The notes beneath the pieces are model-generated. The model made no database searches. It saw nothing but the letters and a program-made list of their open reading frames with translations, and was not told the DNA's origin. The position numbers and the translations under genes were made by a program. DNA of 64,000 nucleotides from an uncultured Gaiellales bacterium (GTDB taxonomy: Bacteria; Actinomycetota; Thermoleophilia; RBG-16-64-13), in NCBI GenBank assembly GCA_964631965.1, contig CAZWAR010000003.1, positions 2,064 through 66,063 of the forward strand. Direction: 5' to 3'. Of this stretch, positions 22,873-31,475 are shown in pieces (position 1 is the stretch's first letter; each line of letters opens with the position of its first letter).

Positions 22873-24687
22873 ATGGATATGCGCGAGCGTGAACACTGCC
22901 GTCTCGTGGCTCTTGGTCAGGAGCCACCGAACCTTCTCGTCAAGGGGGGGCGCGTTTTCTCGCCGTTCACCGGGGAGATGTTCGAAGCCGATGTGGCGAT
23001 ATGTGGGTCGCTCATCGCAGGCGTCGGCCACTACCCGGGTGAAGCCGCGGCCGTGATCGATGCGCGCGGGATGTTCGTGCTGCCCGGTTTCATCGACGCC
23101 CATGTGCACCCGGAGACCTCTCTGCTATCTCCTCCCCGCTTCGCCGAAGCCTTGGCCGTCCACGGCATAACCACCACTCTATCGGAGCCCCATGAGATCA
23201 CGAACGTCATGGGTCCCGCCGGCATCGATTTCTACTTGGACGCCCGGCCAGGACTGCCCCTGGACCTGCGGATCATGATCCCCACGACGGTCCCGGCCTC
23301 GCCCTTCGAACATGCCGCGGGCAGTCTCGACGCGGCAGTCGTCGCCCGCCTGCTCGAGGAGGACGGGGTCACCGGCATGGGCGAGGCCATGAACTACATG
23401 GGCCTGATATCGGGGGAAGCCTCCGGACAGCTATTCGACCTCTCCGGCCACCGCGTTGTCGACGGCCACGCCCCGGACGTCACCGGCCGCCAGCTTGCCG
23501 CGTACATGGTCGCCGGACCCAGCACCGACCACGAGACCTCCGATCCTGACCTCATCCTCGAGCGGCGCAGGCTGGGCATGTGGACTCTCATCCGCGAGGG
23601 CTCCGCAGCCCGCGATCTCACTCGGGCCCTGCCCTACCTCGTCGAGCACGGTACCGAGCGCACCGCCCTCTGCACCGACGACCGCAACGCTGCGGCCCTC
23701 GCAGAGCACCACCACCTCGACGGCGTGGTGGGCGCGTTGTGTAGGGCAGGCGTGCCGGTGGCGGCCGCGCTGCGCGCCGCCACGGTCAACCCGGCCCAGT
23801 TATACCGGCTCTTCGACCGCGGCAGTCTGACGCCCGGCTTCCGCGCCGATCTTCTGATAGTCGATGATCCGGCGTTCCCGCATCCACGGGAGGTGGTCCA
23901 AACGGGCCGGTTGACCGCCCGCCACGGGGAGCTCGTCATCCCGCTACCCCCTACTCCGCGTCTCGACTCTCCTCCGTTCCGTCTGGAAGTGTCAGACGCA
24001 CGGGACCTCGCCCCTCCTGCACCAGACGGAGTGCATCGCGCCCGGGCAATCCACCTCACGCCGCGCGCGATCACCAACGAGGAGCGGTTCGTAGAGATGA
24101 CAGCCGCCGGCGGCCGGCTGCACGCCGATCCTGAGAGGGACATCTGCCTGGCGGCTTTGATGGAGCGCAGGCCGGGAGCAGCCCGACCGGGCGCTTCGCA
24201 GGAGTTGCCAGTCCTTTCAGCGGCTTCCTTCCCTCTGTCCGACAAAGCGCGCGGGGCCACCCTGTCACGAGGGAACAGAATAGGTCGCGGCCTGGTGAGC
24301 GGCCTCGGGTTGCGCAGCGGTGCGATCGCCACCACCATCGCTCATGACGCGCATCACCTGCTCGTGGTCGGCGTGGAGCCGTCCGACATGCTGCTCGCCG
24401 CGCGTGCAGTCGCCGCGGCCGGCGGCGGGCTGGCGGTCGTCGAGGGGGACAAGGCCGAGATCCTACCGCTCCCGCTCGCCGGGCTCATGGCCGACCTGCC
24501 CGTGAAGACCGTCGCTGCTCAATTGCGCGCACTGGAACGGGCGGCCGAGTCTTTGGGCGTTGATTTCGAGGAGCCGTTCATGGTGCTGAGCTTCATCACT
24601 CTGAGTGTGATACCACGGCTCCGCCTCACCCTCGACGGCCTCCTCGACGTCGGAGACCAAGCCCTCGTTCCGGTCATCGTGGCCTAG
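22873..24687 (+). CDS. ade: Adenine deaminase
   Basis: 604 aa with PGFIDAHVHPETSLLSP, SEPHEITNV and a C-terminal adenine deaminase domain. Confidence 0.85.
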   Translation: MDMREREHCRLVALGQEPPNLLVKGGRVFSPFTGEMFEADVAICGSLIAGVGHYPGEAAAVIDARGMFVLPGFIDAHVHPETSLLSPPRFAEALAVHGITTTLSEPHEITNVMGPAGIDFYLDARPGLPLDLRIMIPTTVPASPFEHAAGSLDAAVVARLLEEDGVTGMGEAMNYMGLISGEASGQLFDLSGHRVVDGHAPDVTGRQLAAYMVAGPSTDHETSDPDLILERRRLGMWTLIREGSAARDLTRALPYLVEHGTERTALCTDDRNAAALAEHHHLDGVVGALCRAGVPVAAALRAATVNPAQLYRLFDRGSLTPGFRADLLIVDDPAFPHPREVVQTGRLTARHGELVIPLPPTPRLDSPPFRLEVSDARDLAPPAPDGVHRARAIHLTPRAITNEERFVEMTAAGGRLHADPERDICLAALMERRPGAARPGASQELPVLSAASFPLSDKARGATLSRGNRIGRGLVSGLGLRSGAIATTIAHDAHHLLVVGVEPSDMLLAARAVAAAGGGLAVVEGDKAEILPLPLAGLMADLPVKTVAAQLRALERAAESLGVDFEEPFMVLSFITLSVIPRLRLTLDGLLDVGDQALVPVIVA

Positions 24688-24744
24688 CGGGGAGACCGGG
24701 CGGTCACCCAACCCGGAGGGCACGCCGCCCCAGACCCGGACCTG

Positions 24745-26013
24745 TCAGTCGCTTCTCAGGGCACCCTCGGTGTAGTTCAGCGAAGCGTTCCAGAGTAGCC
24801 ACTCCGAGTAGCCCAGCTCCTCGGCGGCTCTGATCTCTGCCTTCACCTCCGTCGTCCCGTACTTGACGTAGCCGCCGCCCCCGTTCATGGAGAAATCCTG
24901 CAACCAGGGGCGGATGGTGGCTCCGGTGCCCGGCATACGCTGTTTTGCCTCCTGAAGCGCTTGGCTGACTAGTTGATAGGGGCTCGCGTTGGGCGACGCC
25001 AGACCGAAGGAGTTCACGGCGTAATGTGACGGATAGACCATCGGACAGATGATGTCGAGGTTCTGAGCCATCTGCTCAAGGATCTGTCCGATCCCCTGGT
25101 CGTCGGGGCTCTTCACCCGGAGGGTCATGCCGAAGACATCGGCCGAGATCCAAACACCGAGCGGCTCCAGACGCTTCTTGGCAAATGCCAGGAACCCCGA
25201 GATGGCATCGCTCATCTTCATCCCATTCTGACCCGCGTATACAGCCTGCTTGATGGGGCCTCCGTCCGGGAACCGCACGTAGTCGAACTGAATCTCGGCG
25301 AATCCATGCCTGGCAGCGTCCTCGGCCACCTCGACCAGATACTCCCACACCTCGCGTGAGAACGGGTTGATGAACCGCGTGTGGTTGCTGTAGGTCTCCC
25401 ATATCTCCCCGGTCTCGCCGTTCATGACCGCGAGATCGGGCCTGGCGTTGGGCAACACGGAATCCTTGAAGCACACGATCCGGGCTATCGGAGTGATGTG
25501 ATGTTCCCGCAGCGTCGCTATGAGAGAGTCGACATCCTTGATGCGGGCGCTGATTGTCCCGAGATTCCTGGCCGCCGGGGCGTCACAGTTGTATGTGATG
25601 CTTCCCCAATCGTCCTTGACATCCACGACGAACGCATTGATCTCCGTGGTATCCGCCAGATCCAGTAACGGCTGAAGCAGCTCCGGGTCCGCCAAATGCT
25701 GACTGCCCACGTAGATCCCCTTCACCGGAACATACGAGAGATCGCGCAAAGCCCGCATGTTGACGAGAGGTTCGAGCGGCTGGTCGATCTGAGCCTGCAC
25801 GGCCACGGGAGACAATGAGACGCCCGCTGGTGAAGCCCAGGGGAACCCTTTGCCCCCCACGATGACACTTCCGAGAGACCACAGGAGGATGTATCCGCCG
25901 GCGAAGAAGACCACGCTCGCCAACGCGATCAGGGTGAGCTTGCTCTTTGCCCCCTTGCGCGGTCGAGCCGGTCTGCCCGAGTACGGACGTCCGTTTGCTG
26001 TGGCCTGGCCCAT
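24745..26013 (-). CDS. Membrane-anchored putative glycoside hydrolase (TIM-barrel GH-like family, DUF4015-type)
   Basis: 422 aa with an N-terminal TM segment and a TIM-barrel-like core (INAFVVDVKDDWG, FAEIQFDYVRFPDGG, ICPMVYPSHY). Family assignment is from memory and uncertain. Confidence 0.55.
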   Translation of the reverse strand: MGQATANGRPYSGRPARPRKGAKSKLTLIALASVVFFAGGYILLWSLGSVIVGGKGFPWASPAGVSLSPVAVQAQIDQPLEPLVNMRALRDLSYVPVKGIYVGSQHLADPELLQPLLDLADTTEINAFVVDVKDDWGSITYNCDAPAARNLGTISARIKDVDSLIATLREHHITPIARIVCFKDSVLPNARPDLAVMNGETGEIWETYSNHTRFINPFSREVWEYLVEVAEDAARHGFAEIQFDYVRFPDGGPIKQAVYAGQNGMKMSDAISGFLAFAKKRLEPLGVWISADVFGMTLRVKSPDDQGIGQILEQMAQNLDIICPMVYPSHYAVNSFGLASPNASPYQLVSQALQEAKQRMPGTGATIRPWLQDFSMNGGGGYVKYGTTEVKAEIRAAEELGYSEWLLWNASLNYTEGALRSD

Positions 26014-26058
26014 AGTGGGGGGTATTGTAGCAGAGGGCTCTGCTAGACTTGTCCGACC

Positions 26059-27162
26059 ATGCGGCGCAGGAAAGTGCTTCGTTTTCTAGGGATCGCCTTC
26101 ATCGTGGGGGCCTTTCTCGGGCTGGTTTCGGGGCTCGCGTTCGGCGGTTCCCAGTCGGAGACGGGTACGCCCCGCGCCGTCCTGCCCACGGGCGACCAAT
26201 CCAACCCGGTATCGTCGCCCGCTTCCGCCGGTACGCCATCCACGTTCACGGGACCGATGACCGCGGCCAAGGCGGAGGCCATGGGGGCGAACGAACTCGG
26301 ACAGATCCCGGTCCTGTACTACCAGAGGATCGGGGATGAGCGGGGTGACGACATCCGCAGCCCCGCAGCCCTGGCCGACGACATCGAACTGCTCGAGTCG
26401 GAGGGGTTTCAACCTATCGACCTGCGCGATCTCGCCGCCGGAAACATCGACATCCCTGCCGGGACCTCCCCGGTCGTGCTCACGTTCGACGACTCCAGCC
26501 TGGGGCAGTACAACATCCTCGACGACGGGACCCTCGACCCACAGTGCGCGGTGGGAATCCTCCAGGCGGCCGTCGAGTCGGGCGGGTGGGCGCCGAGAGC
26601 CACCTTCTACTGTCTCATCGACGTGAAATCCAAAGACTACGAGTTGTTCGGCCAGGCCGACCGGCGCCAGGAGAAGCTGCGCAACCTCGTGGACTGGGGC
26701 TACGAGATCGGCAGTCACACGTACAGCAACGTCAATCTCAAGAAGGCCTCCGCCCTCGATGTCCGGAAGGAACTGCAGACATCACAGGAGACTCTGCAGG
26801 GGTTGATCGGCAACAACTATCAGGTCACCAGCCTCTCGGTACCCTCCGGCGACTACCCCGATGACAAAAGCCTGCTCTCGTCCGGGGCCTACGAGGGCAA
26901 GACCTACGTGTACACCTCGGCGGTCACCCTCGGCGAGTCCCTCTCTGTCTCACCCTTCTCCACGCTTTTCGATCCGATGCACATCACCCGGATCACGGTG
27001 ACGGGTAACAGCCTGCGCGACGCTATCGACGAACTCAAAGCGCATCCTGAACTGCGGTACATCTCGGATGGGGACCCCACGACCGTATCGGCACCGTCCC
27101 AATCGGCCGCAGCTCTGGGCTCGCTCAGCGAGGACCTGGGCCGGCCTGTGATTCTCTACTGA
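26059..27162 (+). CDS. Polysaccharide deacetylase (CE4/NodB-homology) family protein, N-terminally anchored
   Basis: 367 aa with N-terminal signal/TM, a CE4 motif 1 (VLTFDDSSLG) and a motif-2-like IGSHTYSNV. Confidence 0.75.
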   Translation: MRRRKVLRFLGIAFIVGAFLGLVSGLAFGGSQSETGTPRAVLPTGDQSNPVSSPASAGTPSTFTGPMTAAKAEAMGANELGQIPVLYYQRIGDERGDDIRSPAALADDIELLESEGFQPIDLRDLAAGNIDIPAGTSPVVLTFDDSSLGQYNILDDGTLDPQCAVGILQAAVESGGWAPRATFYCLIDVKSKDYELFGQADRRQEKLRNLVDWGYEIGSHTYSNVNLKKASALDVRKELQTSQETLQGLIGNNYQVTSLSVPSGDYPDDKSLLSSGAYEGKTYVYTSAVTLGESLSVSPFSTLFDPMHITRITVTGNSLRDAIDELKAHPELRYISDGDPTTVSAPSQSAAALGSLSEDLGRPVILY

Positions 27163-27204
27163 TCGAGTCGCGTCCGCCTGCGGCGCGCGAGGCAGCGTCC
27201 GGTC

Positions 27205-27423
27205 TCACCCGGCCCTGAGGCTCACGCCTTCCCCGCCCTCAACGACCTCGGAACTCCCTCCGCAGAGACCGCAGGTGACGCGCTCCCCGCTCCAGATGCC
27301 CGCTCGCAGGTGCAGCAGCACGTGACAGTAAGGACAGGGAGTGTCCAGATCGGGCTCTTCGTTCTGGAGGGCCACCTTTTCGTCCACGATCTCCCATAAG
27401 GGATCGAACTTCTTCTTTGCCAC
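27205..27423 (-). CDS. Small zinc-ribbon protein (LysW/Trm112-like CPxC...CxxCG architecture)
   Basis: 72 aa: ...PCPYCHVLLHL...RVTCGLCGGSSEVV. Divergent to lipB. Confidence 0.45.
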   Translation of the reverse strand: MAKKKFDPLWEIVDEKVALQNEEPDLDTPCPYCHVLLHLRAGIWSGERVTCGLCGGSSEVVEGGEGVSLRAG

Positions 27424-27482
27424 CGCTCCTCCAGGTCTCGAGGGACCGATATCTCGGTCCTGCGTACGGTATCTTTCCTGAG

Positions 27483-28202
27483 ATGGAACGAGTCTCTCAC
27501 ATCGCAGGCCGGCGCCTCAAGCCGCCGATCCCCGAGTACCAGGTCTTCGACCTCGGCGTAGCCCCCTACCAGCCGGTTCAAGCGCTCCAGAACCGGCTGC
27601 GGGCGGCCGTGATCGCCGGCCAGATCCCCGGGGTCCTTCTCCTCCTGGAGCACGAGCCGGTGATCACGATGGGTAGCCGCGCCGGGCTCCAGGACCTCCG
27701 CGGGTCCTGCGGCGTCCCCGTCGCCGAATCTGAGCGAGGCGGGCAGGCGACCCTTCATGCCCCCGGACAGCTCGTGAGCTACCCGATCGTCCCTATCCCA
27801 GGGCGCGACCTCAGCACTTACGTCAGGGGGCTCGAAGAGGCGAATATCCTTGTTCTCAAACGGTTCGGGGTCGCCTCCGAACGCCGCCCCGGCCGTCCGG
27901 GGCTCTACGTGCAGGGCGACAAGATCTCGTCTGTGGGTCTGCGCTGCCAGAGGTGGGTCGCCAGTCACGGCACCTCTCTCAACGTAACCATCGACCTTTC
28001 CCTTTTCTCAACCGTCGTTTCGTGTGGAGAGCCGGACCTCGGGCAGGTCAGCATCGAAAGCTTGACTGGAGCCCGCCCCGCGATTGCAGCGGTCAAGCTG
28101 GCGTACATACACGCAGTCATACAGGTATTCGGGTGGCGGCTCTCGCCCCTTCGAGCCGCGCCCTACGGTGAGGTTGAGGCTCAGCTCGGATTGAACGGGT
28201 GA
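27483..28202 (+). CDS. lipB: Octanoyltransferase (lipoyl(octanoyl) transferase LipB)
   Basis: Start MERVSH; LipB motifs (LLLEHEPVITMG, LHAPGQLV, KISSVGLR). Confidence 0.85.
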   Translation: MERVSHIAGRRLKPPIPEYQVFDLGVAPYQPVQALQNRLRAAVIAGQIPGVLLLLEHEPVITMGSRAGLQDLRGSCGVPVAESERGGQATLHAPGQLVSYPIVPIPGRDLSTYVRGLEEANILVLKRFGVASERRPGRPGLYVQGDKISSVGLRCQRWVASHGTSLNVTIDLSLFSTVVSCGEPDLGQVSIESLTGARPAIAAVKLAYIHAVIQVFGWRLSPLRAAPYGEVEAQLGLNG

Positions 28203-28231
28203 GTCGACCTCAGACGGAAAGTCCTAAGTAG

Positions 28232-28304
28232 TGCCCACGGCAGGATTCGAACCTGCGACACCTGGCTCCGGAGGCCAGTGCTCTATCCCCTGAGCTACGT
28301 GGGC
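28232..28304 (-). tRNA. tRNA-Arg (anticodon CCG)
   Basis: Minus-strand GCCCACGTAGCTCAGGGGATAGAGCACTGGCCTCCGGAGCCAGGTGTCGCAGGTTCGAATCCTGCCGTGGGCA. It has a cloverleaf with a D-loop (AGCTCAGGGGATAGAGC), an anticodon loop CU-CCG-GA and a T-arm (GGTTCGAATCC). The CCA tail is not encoded. Confidence 0.85.
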
Positions 28305-28347
28305 ATTATTGGAGAGTCGACCGGCGCGCAGCGTCGACGGAGCGCCA

Positions 28348-29283
28348 TTATACCCGTTCGAGCCGGGCCGTGCCTTTGTCGGGATATGGCACCACCATGA
28401 CGTCAAGATCGCGGGGAACGATGGTCGACCGGAACACACGCCGTGCCTCGTCTCGGAGTTCCCTCCACCCGTGCCGCGAACTGAGGTGGGTAAGCACCAA
28501 GGTGTCCACACCGGCCGCACGTGCGACTTCTGCCGCTTCCCTAGCCGTCGAGTGACCTGTCTCGAGCGCGCGTTCCTTCTCTGTGTCGGAGAAGGTGGAG
28601 TCATGCACGAGCACCGCCCCACCACGCGCCAGTTCCATCACCCCTTCGGCCGGTCTGGTATCTCCGGTTATCACGATCTTCCTTCCAGGGCGGGCTTCGT
28701 CCACGATGTCGGTGGGCCGCACGACCCGTCCGTTCTCCGTCGTGACTGTCTCGCCTCTCTGAAGCTTGCCGAAGTCCGGCCCCGGGGTGATACCGAGCTC
28801 GACTGCACGCTCAGGGTGGAACATCCCAACCCTCGGTCTCTCCTCGAGGCACCAAGCCAGCCCGGGGAGACTGTGCTGGGTGCGTGCCGCCTTGACCACG
28901 TATTCGGGCATCTCGTAGACCGTACCCGGCCGAGCCTCTTCCACCAGAAACGGGAACCGGGGTCGGCCTATGATCCCCTCCACCTCGCGGAGCAGCTCAT
29001 AGAGCCCCTCGGGTCCGAAGAGTTGCATCGGCTCCTCGCGCCCACCGAGGCTGAGGGTCTTGAGGAAGCCGGGCAGGCCCAGGTAGTGGTCTCCGTGCAG
29101 GTGCGTGATGAGGATGGTATCGATGTGCGCCAGCCCCACCGACCGCATCAGCTGGCGCTGTGTTCCTTCCCCACAATCCACGAGGATCCGCTCCCCGCCG
29201 CGGATGATGAGGGTAGCCGGCGATCCCCTGTCGACCGTGGGGGTCGCTCCGGCAGTGCCGAGAAAGACGAGATGGAGATCCAC
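28348..29283 (-). CDS. rnz: Ribonuclease Z (tRNA 3'-end processing MBL-fold endonuclease)
   Basis: 311 aa with HLHGDHYLG and an RNase Z exosite region; adjacent to a tRNA gene. Confidence 0.85.
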   Translation of the reverse strand: MDLHLVFLGTAGATPTVDRGSPATLIIRGGERILVDCGEGTQRQLMRSVGLAHIDTILITHLHGDHYLGLPGFLKTLSLGGREEPMQLFGPEGLYELLREVEGIIGRPRFPFLVEEARPGTVYEMPEYVVKAARTQHSLPGLAWCLEERPRVGMFHPERAVELGITPGPDFGKLQRGETVTTENGRVVRPTDIVDEARPGRKIVITGDTRPAEGVMELARGGAVLVHDSTFSDTEKERALETGHSTAREAAEVARAAGVDTLVLTHLSSRHGWRELRDEARRVFRSTIVPRDLDVMVVPYPDKGTARLERV

Positions 29284-29294
29284 AAAGTCTCCTG

Positions 29295-29744
29295 TCAGTC
29301 TTGGGGTTGAGGCTCGGGCGGGAGGTTCGTTGTGAACCTGATCCTATCCTCGGGAGTGCCCGTGGGCTGGTGAAAGAAGGTGGGATTGCTGCAGGCAGCG
29401 CTCGCTGCCCCCGGGTACGCCTGTTCCACCCACACCTTGCACTGTTTGCGCGGCGAGCGATTGAGCTTGATGGCCCCGTACGTATCGACCCCCCGCGCAC
29501 GGCCGCGGCGGTTCTCGAACGCCGAGAGGTCGAATTCGGGCGCAAAGACCTTGTGCAGGCAGCCGAACATCCTGGTCTCGTCGTCGTCATACACGTAGAC
29601 CGAGGAGCAACCGGAATCGAGGCAATGCTGGGGCGAGACGACCCTCTCACAGATGACCTCGCACTCCCGGCACTCCAAACGGGTACGCTGCAGCCGGCGT
29701 CTCCATGCTCCAAGCCTGCTAGAGATGCGGGAATGTCTCTCCAT
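29295..29744 (-). CDS. Cys-rich hypothetical protein (unknown function)
   Basis: 149 aa with CRECEVICE...HCLDSGCSS...FGCLHK. I recognise no family. Confidence 0.4.
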   Translation of the reverse strand: MERHSRISSRLGAWRRRLQRTRLECRECEVICERVVSPQHCLDSGCSSVYVYDDDETRMFGCLHKVFAPEFDLSAFENRRGRARGVDTYGAIKLNRSPRKQCKVWVEQAYPGAASAACSNPTFFHQPTGTPEDRIRFTTNLPPEPQPQD

Positions 29745-29807
29745 GGGCGTGAGTATACCCGCCGTGAGCCCGCAGGGGCCGAGTTCGGCGCGGCCATCCG
29801 CTCGGCC

Positions 29808-30809
29808 TCATTCGACGGCCTCACGGCGCGTACCGGGTACCAGCCTCGTGCGCACCAGGGATCGGTCGGTGGCCCAGCGAAGCACTGCAGGTGAGAACGT
29901 CACTCCGCCGTCGACCCCCATGTCAACAGTTCGCGTGGCGAACACGGCCCCATGCAGCCTCGTCCCCTCCAGGAACACAGCTCCCCCGTCAGCGACGATG
30001 ACCCCGTACACGTCCCCGCGTTCGCTCGCATCCACCGATGCCCCACCGATGACCACGAACAGAGCCGGCATGGTCGCCTCGTTCCCCCAATCGGCCGGTA
30101 TGGAGGTGGTCCCGGACCGGCGATCAAAGATTATGACCTGCGGACCCGGTGCCAGACCGTCCCGGGCGGGGAGACCGTCTGCACCGACAGCCGGCGCGGA
30201 GTCCATGCAAAAACGCCGCCAGCCGTCATCGAGGCCCCACGAACGCCCTAGCCCACTCAGGCTGACACCTGGACCGAGAAGTGGTGACGGTGAAGCCATC
30301 CTCACAAGTCCGGTCGGCTGAAGGCCTACGGCCTCCTCGGTCTGCAACCAGGCATTCGCCCGCCCGGACGCCCAGGTGACCTGATCGGCCACCAAGCCGA
30401 CGAAAGGCAAATCGAATCCGTCGCTTCCGCGCTCGATCCATGCAGACACCTCGACCGGCAACACCGACGTCTCATGCGCCGCGGTGACCTCGAGTAGCAG
30501 GTCCGGGCTCCCCGTCCCCGCGGCGACACTCGCCCACACCCCCGCCGGCCAGCCGTCGCGAGCGTCAAGTCGCCGCTCGAACGTACTCCAAGAACCGAGC
30601 AGGTCGTCGCGCACCCATGCCAGTGCGCTATCGTTCTCTTCCATCAACAGCCGTCCCCTGGCCTCGGCTTCGTTGCCGCTGTCGAGACACACCGCCACAG
30701 CGGCCACCACCTGGACCAGCACCGCTACCCCCAGGCAGACGAACAACACCAACAGGAGAATGGACCCCTCCTCGCGGGCAGACGCGGGCCGCCCGGAGAG
30801 GCCGCTCAC
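29808..30809 (-). CDS. GspK/ComGG-like pilus-associated membrane protein (N-terminal TM helix, no Glu+5)
   Basis: In-frame GTG at 30809 overlaps the TGA of the upstream pseudopilin (GTGA coupling). The N-terminus is VSGLSGRPASAREEGSILLLVLFVCLGVAVLV. It is the last gene of the pseudopilin run. Confidence 0.5.
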   Translation of the reverse strand: MSGLSGRPASAREEGSILLLVLFVCLGVAVLVQVVAAVAVCLDSGNEAEARGRLLMEENDSALAWVRDDLLGSWSTFERRLDARDGWPAGVWASVAAGTGSPDLLLEVTAAHETSVLPVEVSAWIERGSDGFDLPFVGLVADQVTWASGRANAWLQTEEAVGLQPTGLVRMASPSPLLGPGVSLSGLGRSWGLDDGWRRFCMDSAPAVGADGLPARDGLAPGPQVIIFDRRSGTTSIPADWGNEATMPALFVVIGGASVDASERGDVYGVIVADGGAVFLEGTRLHGAVFATRTVDMGVDGGVTFSPAVLRWATDRSLVRTRLVPGTRREAVE

Positions 30810-31465
30810 CGACCCACCTCGGTTGAAGCCACCATTTCCGGCCGACCAGGACCACGATCGGCTCGGCCGACCAGATGAATGAAAACCGTGTCGAGCTGAC
30901 AAAGCGTAGTGGCCGGCATCGCGTCGCATTCTTGCCCGAGGCAAACGAAAGAGAACCTCGAGCTGGTGGTGTCCACGTCCTCCAGCATGGTCTTGCTGTC
31001 GCGATAGAGGGCGTGAGGGAAGACCTCGGGCATGAGAGCCGGACAGAAGCCCCAGCGACGCATGAGCGTCCCCCCTATCAACTCCCATTCGACTATGGTC
31101 GACACTCCCGAATCAGACAACCGGAGCAACACGAGCTGGGATGGCGTGGCCTGCAGAACCAGCCCGTCGACTTGGAAGGCGCAGCCGGAAGCGGTGGAGA
31201 GCCGCACATCCTGCTCGAGCCTCGCCACCGCCACCCGCCCCTGCGCGACCCACACCGCGTTGTCTCCCTCGACTGCCGCTAAGGACTCCAACGACACCCA
31301 GATGGGTGCCACTGCGAGTGCCAGACACAGGGCAAGAGCAAGGCCGAGGAGCACCTCTATGAGCGAATAACCCTCCGAGCCGGCGGCTCCGACCCCCCTC
31401 CTCTCGGGCCGGCACGCCCCCCGCATGCTCCTGACCCACCGGTCGAGGCGTACCGTCCGAGACCT
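30806..31465 (-). CDS. Prepilin-type N-terminal cleavage/methylation domain pseudopilin
   Basis: ...GSEG|YSLIEVLLGLALALCLA (G-1, E+5). The start is assumed at MRSRTV. Confidence 0.65.
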   Translation of the reverse strand, partial: RSRTVRLDRWVRSMRGACRPERRGVGAAGSEGYSLIEVLLGLALALCLALAVAPIWVSLESLAAVEGDNAVWVAQGRVAVARLEQDVRLSTASGCAFQVDGLVLQATPSQLVLLRLSDSGVSTIVEWELIGGTLMRRWGFCPALMPEVFPHALYRDSKTMLEDVDTTSSRFSFVCLGQECDAMPATTLCQLDTVFIHLVGRADRGPGRPEMVASTEVGR

Positions 31466-31475
31466 CATAACCCGT

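Noticed and set aside
27205-27423. Calling the small zinc-ribbon protein a bona fide LysW amino-group carrier
   Set aside because: The C-terminal acidic acceptor (EDWGE) is absent. The genome encodes the DAP pathway (dapB, dapF, dapL) rather than the aminoadipate route, so only fold-level similarity is claimed.
28224-28625. 133-aa minus-strand ORF overlapping the tRNA-Arg gene and the rnz 3' end
   Set aside because: It runs through a canonical tRNA and is antisense or out-of-frame relative to RNase Z, so it is spurious.
29808-31088. ORF-track start at 31088 for the GspK-like protein, and the long N-terminal extensions of several pseudopilin, miaA, asp23, rpe, paaK and rpmB ORFs
   Set aside because: Upstream extensions overlap preceding genes by 100-280 nt and are Arg/Gly-rich. 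Internal starts immediately before conserved N-termini or prepilin leaders, often with SD sequences or 4-nt overlaps, are more plausible.
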